From contig OZ316893.1 of NCBI GenBank assembly GCA_973895155.1, positions 24,913,520-24,977,519 on the forward strand: a DNA stretch of 64,000 nucleotides, given 5' to 3'. Position numbers and translations under genes: made by a program. Shown here piece by piece: positions 52,448 to 64,000 of the stretch (position 1 is the first letter of the stretch; every line of letters starts with the position of its first letter). A model generated the notes under the pieces. It ran no database searches and was not told the DNA's origin. It worked only from the letters and a program-made list of their open reading frames with translations. Source of the stretch: Marsupella aquatica (Eukaryota; Plantae; Marchantiophyta).

Positions 52448-55400
52448 GCTTTTTCTTCTAAAGAAGCCGTTGAAGAATCCCATCCAATGCACAGGAAATC
52501 AAACTTGTATCTATGGTAGACCAACCAACAAATTTAAGTTTGTGAATAGTACAAGAGATCCCTTCATTGTTATATTCTCAACTTTAAAAAGGGATTTGGT
52601 CTAGTATAGCAGTTAAAATTTTATGTAGCTAGGTCCTGACAAGGGAAATCTTGTGGTCAGACTTCCTATATGGTTACTCATTAAAGTCTATATTTCTCCA
52701 AGATTATAAACAAAGTTGTCCAAGATTAATATTGGTGCATGTCTTCATGCTACTCGTGGATTGTGAAAAGCGGAAAAACTTCTGCATATGACAAATGGTG
52801 GTAGTGCATATGACAAATTAAAAATTTGAGGTGGTACTTTTAGCTATTGTTAGGAAGTTTGGGACTAATCAGCTTAGTTCCTGAGGTCGAGCCTGAGGTC
52901 CATGCTCTTTCCTCAAATCCTTTTTAGTCTCCTATGTAAATATTAACGTTTTTAAGCTAAAGAACTTGATTAGTTTTCTTCACTTTGAGCTTGTCTTATG
53001 TCGGAGGACCAATGCAAAGTGCTCCTGCCCATGTTACCTTGTGAAAACTGATGATTCAATTGATCCAGGCTTGTGTTGCAGTGGTTTTTGTGGGCTTGAG
53101 GTTCATGTTGCTTCAGTTTGGAAATGGGACATGTTGGATTTGGATGTGTTAGTTGGTCAAGAATGTGGAAAATGTCATGTTTGACACCATTTGTAGACAA
53201 TTCCTTATGGGAGCCAGGAGAGTATCCTTGACAATATTGAGGACAACTAAGACAACCAACAAAGGGAAAGTATTGCAGCTAGCATCTTGATCTTAGGATT
53301 AAAAGAAATTCAGACATCCACATTCATGGAGTTAGGATCTCATCATCAGCTACAAGGGAATTAAAATTATGAGCCCCTGTGTTTGATTAGATTTATTGTT
53401 AAATACGGGGTTAAATATTGATGATTATGTATGTTTGTTAGCAATATGTAATACTACAAAGTCATTTGGGAAAGGTTTGTGTTCTCTAAAGGTATTGCAT
53501 CATGCATTCTCCAAGAACTACTTAACTGGGCCCACTCCAAGGGGGGGTCCCATATCTCACACAGTTTTTGGGGAATAAACACCCTAAAACATGTCATAAC
53601 TTATTTTAGTTGATTTTTTTGCCCATAACTGTTTGAAATATTCTTGAAATATTCCCAAAATTGGTTTTTAAAAGTCCTGTAGTTTTCATAAATCTCAAAA
53701 CTGAACTAAAACACCCCTAGAGTTCTCCACAGAAATTTACAGGTCTTTCATTAAACCAGTTTAAAAAAACTCTATATTTATTTGTGCGTGATGGGTTCAA
53801 AGAGAAGGAGTAAGGACTTTGATTTTAAATTCAACCAGGCCCTAGACTTATGACTGTGAATGGTCAAAGGTTCTTTCAATGCCGTAACACCATGCTTTTC
53901 AACGCAGTCAAGGTTGGGTATTTTTATTACACAAAGCGCATAGCAGCCTGCAGAATGCTATTTTTTTTATAAAAGTGGACATCTTATGGGATGACTGAAT
54001 GAACTCTGTGCAACTGAAAATTGTTTGATGTGATTCATCGAATGAAGTTTAGCAGGCTCCCATTGTCTGGTAGTTCTACTGGTGGAGGGTCAATATTTGA
54101 CCTCTCTCATGGTTATGTCTTTTCTTGTTTGGCTCAGATAATTGGGTTGGACCTTTGGGATCACTCTGCCCTTGTCTGCTGGGCTGTTCTGGTTTTAGTG
54201 TCTTTTGGGCTGGCTTTTCTCCACGGTTAATTGATATTGCCAGGAGTTTTTATGCCTCTGCCTTGGGCTTCTGTTGGGTTTGCCCGCCCCTTGCCCCTGT
54301 TGGGCTTCTGGTTTCCCCCCGTCCATGGGGTTTTCGCGGATTTTTATTCAAAATTAAAAAGTTTTGGGGTTCTCCCCCCCCCCCCCCCCTTTTTAAATTG
54401 TTTGATTTGATTCATGAACTTCTGATTACCTACTTAAACAGTTTGAATTTTTTGGACATCTCCAGCACCCAATCCTATATTCTCAAAAGTCATTTTTCCC
54501 AATGTGCAATCTTTGTATTTGGACAATTTTCTTTAGTCATTTGTTTCATAATAGCGTTAACTGATCCTAAAACCTAAAGACTGGATTTTTTACACACTTA
54601 AAAACAAATGATAAATGACTCAAGAAAAGTGCCCTAGTGAAGATTTTAGTGTATGAAAAGTCAACTTTTTAATTCAAAACATACACTTTGAATTTATGTG
54701 CCTGTACGTGGATTGTACAAGTTTGCACAAGCCATACCTTCCGATGTTTGTTTGCATCATTCTTCTCTTATTCATGCCTACAAGAAGTTAAAGCTACCAG
54801 CAATAAGTTGCCAAGTGAAAGCTTAACAAACTATACCAACTATTGCAGACCCCTCTTGAGACTACTATCTAGGCAAGGAAGCTAGGGCATGGAAGTTCCC
54901 ATCTTGGGAAGTTGGTTGGATGTCAGGCCCCATAGATGAGCACCAAGTTGGCCCTATTGTAATACCATAAGACGCCTTTGCAATGGACATTGGGATCTCA
55001 TATAATGCCCCTTTGAAGTCGGGAGGACTTTGTGCTGGCAAACATGCCTGGACTACAGCCCTGCAACTGGACTGGATTTCCATGGCCGGACGTGTATCAA
55101 GTAGCGCATACCATGCTTGGACTGAGTAACTGACACAACTGATGCCTTGGCAAGACCTGAGCACTAAGTTGGGCATAATTTTTGGCCCCAAACGCCATTC
55201 AAAGACCATGACACCTTGTTGCAATCAGCATTCCAGTACCTACATGTGCATTCAAGGGAAGGGTTCAATGGACCTTTTTAAACCTCCTAGTTGGGGGCCA
55301 AAACATGACGGACCAAAGCTAGTCCAGGGGTGGTAGGTCTCCATAAGCATATATGAGGGAACTACCCTCACAAATGACCATGAGGAGATTGTGATCCTGC

Positions 55401-56441
55401 AAGTTGCTACACAAACTAGTGGCCCATGACTCACAGGAAAGCCCTGATTGGAAACTAAGTAGACGTAAGGGGAGGGTGGTTTGCTCCAAAGCTCAATTCA
55501 CTTTAACGGGAGGTGACCGTGACAGACACTAGTTTTGCTATACGTCAAGGACTCGCAATCAATAGCTACTCACAATCAATAGCTGAGCATTCCTGGATCC
55601 GTAACATAAGAACCATAGGAGATTCTTAGTGCTACTGGACCCAAGCTAGCAACAAATATCACAAGGCAAAAGGTTCCCTCGGGCAAATGGCAACACCAAC
55701 CCAGAATTCATTGATTGAAAAAAGAGGAGGTGGGCAATCTGTCTGAGCATTTTTGCTAGCTTGGGTGGGGAACTGTTTGGGTAGATGAACCCTCAAATGT
55801 TAGTTTGAGTGCAACATTTGACATAGTTGTCCTCATTTTAGCAAAGGGACCTTAGAAAGTCAAGAGATATTCCACACAAACTATTTTATACTTACATGCT
55901 TTAGTGTGGCTTAATTAAGTTGTTAACCCCCCCCCCCAAACCCCCCCCCCCACACACACACAGATACACAGAAATAATACAAATCTTTGGTTATGGAGAC
56001 TTGGATGGACACACTCAAACCAAAGTGTCGCCAAAAAGCTCGCCAAAAGGAGCATGGTACTCTGAGAAAACATTAATTGTTACGGAAATCAATTGAAACA
56101 CTATGGACTCACAGATGATCTGGTCCATGTGGGATTTTTTCAGTATTATTGAACTCCTTGGTTTGCTAGAATAGTAAATTTGTTTGGTTTGAACTGGCAA
56201 AAGTCAAACTTTTTTACAACATTTTCCTATGGTAGAATGAAGCCCAATATCTTATTGAGCAATACATCAACATCCCAAGAATACCATGAATTATTAATAT
56301 GAAATGAAATAATCCATTCAAGAGCTGCAACTTTGATGTTATTCAATTTTATTTGGAACCTGATTTATTTCATCTCAATTCCGTAAATAAATGTCAATTG
56401 ACTTCCATAATCTCAATTATCATGCGACTCTAATTGGAAGC

Positions 56442-59400
56442 CTACTTAATTGCTCGTGTTTGAAACCCCATAGCCTCTGCAGCTCCACATCCTTGCATTC
56501 CAGCATGGTAGCAAGATCTTGTAGCTTGGAAAGTAGGCGGAAGAGGTGCCAGTCCAATTTTAGCATTTTTATCATAATATTTTGTGTCAAATAATAAAGA
56601 TTCCTCAGTCCAGTATGGATACTTTAGCACTGAAGCTGATTTTTTAGGGATACTCTGTTGGTCACTTTGATCATTATCAAATATTCTTGTCCTTGTTGTC
56701 TCCCTTCTGGGAAGCTTTGGAGGATTGTATCCACATCTTTCTTTCGGGGCTTCCATCGCAAAGTGTAGAGGAAGATCAGGAGGGGTTGGAGACCTCATCT
56801 CTAGTAGTTTGGTTGGTTCATGAGATTCATCAGGCATCCATGATACATTCCTCCTACCTCTTCCTAGTTTTGAATCTTCTTTGCTTGGGAGGTTTTGCAT
56901 TCCAAGGATGTTAGTTCTAGCTTGGACAATCTTTGTTTCATTGGGTGTGAGTCTAGCGGAGAATACAGTGTCTCTGGTATCAAGATTGACTTGATTCTCC
57001 ATCATGTTTGACAGACCAGACATCTTTTCCAAGTCCAGATTATGTGCTAAATGATGTCTTGATTGTTTTCTTCCTTGTGTATGGTGCATGCCATAACCAG
57101 GAGATGGAAGGGTTGCTGCATCAAAATTGCTCTTCTCTACAGCCAACTCTTTAGATGTACTTGAATGTATGGAGTTGAAACTTGGTACATCATGTTTGCT
57201 GGCTCTTCGGCCATGAATCACCTTTTCTTTCTTACTTTGTTCCAATATGCATGGTGAATCTTGCCTCAGGCTCTCCCAACTATAGTCACCAATGGGAGTA
57301 GGCCTTCCCTGGTTGCCATAACTGTGTTGTTTGTCTTCAAAATATTCTTTGAAAACAACGAATTGATTTGACTGTAGTTCAATCATACACTACAATTTAT
57401 GTTAGAGACTTTTCACATCATGGTGCACAAGCTTTTAATTATTCTAGTAACTAAAGGCTCCAGTAGTAGTTTGAGCAAGTACCTCTCTATAAGTATTTAC
57501 AACAATCACTGTTCCAGTGCAAGTAATAGTCTTTGCTTGTGCATACTCATATGACGTTATAGACAATTATTTTGTTTTGTTTTTGTTGGTCTGTCAAAAT
57601 CATTTATGGGACAAAAGGGGACATTCCAACTTCAACCAAAAAGGCAAAGTAAGAAAACAAGAAACGAAGTTCAGATAAAAAGTTAGGAATTTGTTTGTAT
57701 TTCGGACTAACAGGTTTATGTGCGGAATGTTGAGGCACTATGCTATAGTCTTCTTGGCTAGGGCCTTGTGCTAAAATGACAAGGCTAGGGTCTCCCAACA
57801 AACAAGTGTTTTTTTCTGAAAGCCCCACTGTCCGCGAAGAAAACTCTGGTGGATCCAGATTACTAATGTAAGTAGATAATTTTCTCAATTTTTTTAAAAG
57901 TGCATCATTCTGTCCTCCCCCAACCTGGTGGACAGCATCGGTTCCAATGGAATTCCCTATCTAATGGAACACATGGGTCTTGTTTGTACAAGGCCTAGGC
58001 CTTTTTTTTGGGGGAAAAAGTATGGGGGAAGAGTATAGGGTGAAGTATACTTTACAGGGTGAGGTTTTCCCCTTCTCTCCAGAACAGAAAAAATATGTAT
58101 TTATTGCTCAAGATGATAAACAGATTTGGATTCTTTTCTTTTATCTTCTGTTCTCAATGGGCCTTGACTGTTGAATAATTATTTCTCATCCTCATTAAAA
58201 ATTAATATTTACATAAGCAAAATATCTATACATAGGGAGAAAGTGTGTGCATTGTCCAATCACTTTGCAGTTGAGAATCACATCAATAGGCATGTTGAAA
58301 TTATTAAGTTTACACATCAATTTATTTGTGCATATATCAGCATAAGTAACCCCTCCCTTTTGGATCAACCTGTGGGACATAGTCTCTGAGGTTGTAATGC
58401 TTGTTCATAAAGGAGTGAAGCTTGGTTGAAGGTCTGTCAATGCTGCTCTCAAGACAAATTTATTGTTGAAACCACGCACACAACAATTGGGCTGCGTAAA
58501 ACAAGCCATTAATGTGATATTGCCTGTCCCATAGAGTGAATTCTCCAGAAAGGTAAATATACTCAGAATAGAGTCAAACCATTCTGATTTAGGACGTCCC
58601 TAATGAAATAAGCTAGATCAACAACCAAGTACCATTTTTCTTGAGATTGTCCTTCCTTGAGTTGCTTGTAGTGACCTTTAACTACTCACAGATGTTTGAC
58701 CATTAGCCAGGTCTAGGCAGGATTTATAATGTCTGTCATGGAAGTTAATTACTTGAACTCCCCATAGTTGATATTAATTTTCTAGAATGAACAAAGCAGA
58801 GGAGGGTACAACATTCATGTGGCCCTTTGATAGATAACTAAATTTTAAGATGTTTAATGCAATCAACAACAGATTAAACTAACCCAAGTTGTCGCGGAAG
58901 TTTCTTTTGGTGTTGCAACATGGCCTCAAAGAGCTCATGACCAAGACCTAACCTGCCCATTCATACGAAGACTTGCACAAGTTCATTTAAGTCTGGAATG
59001 ACAAGAACAAATGATTAGTTATGTGAGCTCCAACTATTCTAATTGGAGAAATTAAGTTAACCATGAATTTAGCAGTTAGGGTTTCTATGACAAGAGTGTG
59101 TCTTCTCCCTAAACAGTAAAAGTAGAATGTGACTTATCCTATTGCAAAGTGGGCTATTGGCCATAACAAATTACCTTTGATTTTTTTCATGGACGTAGAA
59201 GTCAAGCACACATAATGGGGCCATTTCTATGAGCAGTCCGTTCTCCTTTCGAATGTAAAGATTTTTCACTCCAACTTTCAACATTCCCTTTACCAAAATG
59301 AATTCTGGTTTTCCAGGAATCCCACTAGTACACAGATAGAGGCTGTGATTATTAGTTCTCAGTCGGTTATAGTCTGTAATTGGAACTCTCAAATGTTGTG

Positions 59401-59494
59401 CTTGAGCTGATAAAAGGCCCATACTGTCAATGATATATCTTAGTTCATCTTGCTCTCGAGTATTCAGCAATCCTGTTCCCCAAGATCCACCCAT
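56442..59494 (-). CDS. ATAT1: Alpha-tubulin N-acetyltransferase (ATAT1/MEC-17 family) with a long low-complexity C-terminal tail
   Basis: Exons: 59494-59175 (IIDSMGLLSAQAQHLRVPIT, GMLKVGVKNLYI, PLCVLDFYVHE..QR); 58952-58884 (LGLGHELFEAML); 58442-58370 (IDRPSTKLHSFMNKHY..YVPQ); 57371-56442 (SNQFVVF + tail). The 5' end is uncertain. Confidence 0.92.
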
Positions 59495-61169
59495 ACAATT
59501 CTTTCAGTTAGATATTCTTTCCTATAAGATGCAAGGCTGAATGGAATGGTGAAAAGTGTGGATTACATGAATAACTGTCTTTAATAATGCATAAAACTAC
59601 ATGACAAACCTAATTGTTTGCTGTCCCAGAAGGAGATTCTTGGCTTGCTCCGCAAACTTCTCAAACACGCCACATTGCATGCCACTTCCATGGCAGGGTT
59701 ATTGTTGAGATGTCCCGGGCTTTAAAACATGCTGGAATCAAAGTCCTTTATATTGTCTCCCAAAGCTCTCTGCAGCTTGACGCAATCGAATGATATATCT
59801 TCTATAAAATACACAATCTAAATAAAAATCAGATTTGAAAGAAGTTTCTACTAGCTACACAGGTCAGGAGCATTGATTTTGTTTTTGAAAATGTTCAGTT
59901 CTTTGGATTTTGGATCTGAACCAAGGTTCACAATCCAAACCCAATTCAGAAAGAATCTCACAACATTTAATTAAAGGTCAGAATGGTCCCAACTTTCTTA
60001 ATCATTCCCAGAGGATGATCCATGCTGAAGGAAAGGTCTTTTAGGCACCACCAAAAAGCCTTCGCATGATAAGTGAGTTTCAAACCTAAATATGGGCTAC
60101 ACCATTAATTGATTTCAAAGGAATGCACTTTGCCAAAGTTGAATAAGCTATTTCTGGTAGAAAGAAAGTGTGCTTTGTTATATCTACTAGCCCAAAGACC
60201 AGTGCATGCACAGGATAGGCTCCCTGTACCTAGACTCCCCTTGCTGGTCTCTACGCAGAAGCATAGTCTAAATATTAAAATTTCTTGTTAATTAGGAAGG
60301 CCTATGGCTTCACTCTAAGGAGTAAATAAATCATGAATGGGATAATATAGATTTCCAACAACTTGGACAGAAAAAATCTGACTCCCTTAGTTCCCCTTGG
60401 GACAATTCAAACCACATGAAACCCAAAACTACATTTCAAAATTATTTTAGAAAGAGATTGGAAAAGCATAGGAACTCAAATATAATAAATTCAGAAAAAT
60501 GAATCTACCCAAATATGTACCTTTTATAAACTGAATACGTCATTTTAAGTTGGTAGTGGAGATTATCTAGATTAGCCCTGGCTCACATGTAATAGTTATG
60601 TCAAATCTACAGTTATTGATTCACTTTATAGTTGCATTAATTTAAGCAGTGTGTATATCCATTGTCAATCTAAAATTTAGATTGAACCCTTGGCCCTCTG
60701 CATCTTTCTTCAAAAAGCCCACCAAAAAAGCCCCCCCAAATCTAACTCAATCTGGTCGCTTGACAAGTATTGATGTACACTGAAAAAGATGCATACATTC
60801 GCATTTCATGGCGAGAGTAGTTTGCAAACAACACATGAGCCCATGTTCCACACAGAATGCCTTTGTGACACTAAGTCAGTTTTTTGGAATTGGTGAAGGT
60901 GTTAGAATTTGCAATATTGTGGATAAGGTCCATAGAGCTTGGTGATGTGAGATAGAGGCTTTATAAATCCTTAAGTTTGGCACTCATTTATTGTCTGCTC
61001 AGATTACATATAGAAACAGACCTGAGGGGGCCCTTCTTAGCCATTGTAGACTGATGCTAGCTCTCTTGCAAACAGAACTGTCTAATTTCATGCCTTAAAG
61101 GGAAAACTGCAGAACCAACTCAAGACTTTTATCAAAATCAACCGCCACCCACCATTTTCCTGTGGACTA

Positions 61170-61240
61170 TAGATGGATGGACAGACAAAACAGCAATACC
61201 GATGGACAGACAAAACAGCCATACAGATGGACAGATAGAC
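61170..61240. repeat. ~25-bp tandem repeat (gatggacagacaaaacagc), 2-3 copies
   Basis: Directly visible between ATAT1 and the CCDC103-like gene. Confidence 0.65.
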
Positions 61241-61885
61241 AAATATTCATGAGGTTTCCCTAGGATATCAGTTGTTTTGCTTGGGAGTTGTGGCAAACTG
61301 CTCATAGCTCAAATTGAATGTCAAATTGGCTCAAGACCGTGAAAATATTTTAAATCATTAGGTACTGTACAAAGGAACAATGTTAATTACAAGATGCCAT
61401 GCACCTTAATTGAGTCTTCTTTGGCCCTGCTATGTCTGATAATCAAGGAATCGATAATAGATAGTATTCATTGGATCTTGAGGATGGACAATAAATCAAT
61501 GGGGAACTCTAAATGCCAATGGGGAAATTATCATTGTCAAAGCTAATTATAATTGTTCTAGTTGTCAACATTACATATGTGAAAAGTATGTTTTCCTCAT
61601 TTAAGTTTGTGTAGATAATTGTGTAGAATAAATGAAAGATGCTCCTCAAGTACACCTCCTACGCTCTTGACTGAGAGTAAGTATTGGTTCCCGATCCTAT
61701 TCATGTTGCCATTTTTCAAAACATATTGACACCTTTCTTATTGATTCACTATTGACTGAACAGACCCCTCAAGAGAATCGTATCCACCACCAAATGTCTA
61801 GGTTTCTGTATATTGAAGGTGGGGCCATGATACGTTAAGAAGATAGATTCCAACCAAATTGCAGACGAGAGTTGAAGCTGATAGG

Positions 61886-63955
61886 ATGCATGAGCAACTA
61901 CAAAAACTAGTGGATGAAAAGGGTTTGAAGTATAGCAAAGAGTTGCAAGGCTCCATCGAGGATGATGCCAAAAGGGCAACTATCAACTCCGTTAAATTAA
62001 GGGCCGCTGCTCAACATGTGGACTATCCTGCTTTTGCTGCTTTGGCAAGTGATACTCTTTGCAAAATTTCACTCTCATTACTCTACTCATTGGTATGGCT
62101 ATTATGTGCTTTATCCTCCCGGTTAAGTACTAAGACAATTTCAATTTGTAAAAATATTTCAAACTCCATTTGACAAGATTAACTATGATGATGAAATTTT
62201 GTACCATGCAATGATGAGAAAAAAAGTCTTGGCTCACAACTTCTTACTATAGCTCTTACGGTACTAAAATACAAGGATTTGTTGGTTTTTACAAGAGAAA
62301 GAGAACAGTACTAAAAGAAAAATTGTTCTTCTTAGCAAAAACTCACAAATATCAACTGCTTAAGGTGAAGTGGGGCCTTTACAACAATTTAGGTTCGTTG
62401 AACAGTTTTGGAGCATTGAAGTTTTTGGCATGTACAAGAACAAGCAAGCTTACCCACTTTTGACTCTAATAAAATTCAAGCTTACAAGACCAAATACCCA
62501 TGTCATATGAACAGGAAGGGCTCCCCTACCCAGATTCTCCACATGTGCCATCCCTACTCAAAAGCTTCTAAATATAAACTTCTCCCTTGCTAGAGAATTA
62601 GGACTGATGGCTTCACTCTACAGAGTAGTCATGACTGGTAGGCTTTGATCATTAATCATAGATACTAGCCTCTTTACCTGTTCTTAAACACAAATAGAGG
62701 TGACGGCTAAGGAAGGCCTTGCAAAAGATTTCTTCCCTTACTATTTCCCGTTCATCTTTACCGCCTCCCTGTTTTCTGTATGCACCCTCACTTTCAGTTA
62801 GGTCCTTAGAGCCATGGTCTAATCATTTCACTCTAGACAAGTAGGCTCAGAAAGTAGCTTTTGATTGCGCTTAATTAGTTAGTTAGTTAGATAGATAAAT
62901 AGATTCAGTACACAAGTCTAGGTGGAGAGTGTTATGAGCAAAATTCTCCAAGGTACCTGCCCTGTAATTTCACCTTAGTGTTCTTAAAGTAGTAACAATA
63001 AAATAAAGGTTTGTAGGATTGGTGAATCAACAATAGTTTGGCAAGCTTACTCTTCTTATATATTAGAAATATCATATACTAGCCTGATTACCCATTTCTT
63101 GAATGTAACTCGACATGAGTAAAGAAAATAGCCTCACAGAAAAAAGGAATCCATCCATTTTTGTTCATCTTTGCCCCCATCCTGTTTATTATCTGCACTC
63201 TCACTTCCAGTTATGCCCCCAGTTGTACCCATGGTCTACATGCTTCACTCTAGACAGTAGGCCCATGGAGTACCTTTGGATTGTGCTTTGTTAGTTAGAT
63301 TATATTTAACCCGCACACTCAATTGTGTGTTCTATCTTTTGGATTCATTGTTCCACTGGAAGATAAGGATTAGCATGTGATGATCAAATTATGGGGCCTG
63401 AAAGTGCACGTGTTCAGTATTCAGTTTATATGAGAGGGGGTGCAGCTTGGCATGGGGGTGATTAGAAGCTTGTTTTAGGCTGTCTTGAAGAAAGTTGAAG
63501 AAAGTTAAAACTTCAGTATGGTTTTATATGATTTAAAGCATCACAGGCAAAGAATTGTTCATGAAAATGGTTTTGGATAATGTTTTGAAACTCTTTAATG
63601 ATTGGGTGTGTTGAGAGAAAGATTCCAAATGAAATTTGAAATTTTGCATGAACTGAATTACTAATTCAATATCATTTCTTTGACAGTATTGATTGTTTAT
63701 TTGCAGGTGTCATGTGCTCACCTAAAACCTATGACACGAAAAGAGCTTGATAGTAGAGAAAAAAGGATTCCAAACCTCAATCAAAGTGTCCGCGCATGGT
63801 CCTTCGATTCAAGAAGCACAGACTCTGCAAGCACTCCTAGGACAATGCTAATTTCACCAACACAATCTTCTCAAGTTGCAAGCAAACCTTCAAGGCCCAC
63901 AACAAGTGAATCCATCAGTTTTGCACCTAAGGTTCACACTAGGAAATTCAACTAG
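61886..63955 (+). CDS. CCDC103: Dynein attachment factor CCDC103/DNAAF19 (PR46b)-like
   Basis: Exon 61886-62044 (YSKELQGSIEDDAKRATINSVKLRAAAQHVDYPAFAAL) joins exon 63707- (VSCAHLKPM). This gives the Dynein_attach_N-like pattern 'EL..A...D......N.AKLRA..Q...Y..F...V...HLKP'. The CDS either stops at 63955 or splices at AAG|GTTCAC (63931) and continues past the window. Confidence 0.8.
62745..63300. repeat. Dispersed repeat copies inside the intron of the CCDC103-like gene
   Basis: gttcatcttt...ctcact(t)(t/c)cagtta...ccatggtcta...ttcactctagaca(a)gtaggc occurs at about 62750-62890 and 63163-63300. Related 'gcttcactcta' segments occur at about 60220-60325 and 62515-62630. Confidence 0.6.
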
Positions 63956-64000
63956 TTATGCTTTCACTCTCCCTCAAATGAACAGAATGAAGTTCTTGTG

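Noticed and set aside
53800-54400. Possible degenerate LINE 3' end
   Set aside because: There is only a vague resemblance, with no intact RT or zinc-finger motif.
58690-58732. 43-nt segment in ATAT1 intron 2 with good splice signals (acag|...|gtgagt), a possible poison exon
   Set aside because: It is not needed for the conserved protein and would shift the frame. Such signals occur by chance, and no transcript evidence is available.

Overview
This is eukaryotic nuclear DNA with GT-AG introns, most consistent with a non-seed land plant (probably a bryophyte such as a liverwort), because it carries both a plastid peptidoglycan PBP gene and flagellar genes. I reconstructed nine protein-coding genes by hand. 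In order they are: a class A penicillin-binding protein (runs off the left edge), an RBM18-like RRM protein, a hevein+GH19 chitinase, an At2g25670/At4g32610-like charged protein, an intronless cyanobacterial-type Ser/Thr kinase, a MATH/TRAF1-like protein, a 9-exon TOM2A-type tetraspanin that the ORF track almost entirely misses, an alpha-tubulin acetyltransferase (ATAT1/MEC-17), and a CCDC103/DNAAF19-like dynein attachment factor with a GC-AG intron. Intergenic DNA holds a Mutator-type MITE with a 10-bp TSD, tandem tRNA-like relics and several tandem arrays. The most notable observations are: (1) the PBP transpeptidase motif reads S-T-L-E instead of SxxK and is preceded by a ~115-aa insert; (2) the chitinase appears to lack its catalytic base Glu; (3) two axoneme genes sit head-to-head next to the tetraspanin; (4) a bacterial-type membrane kinase carries a putative plastid transit peptide. 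All family assignments come from motif recognition, not from database searches.
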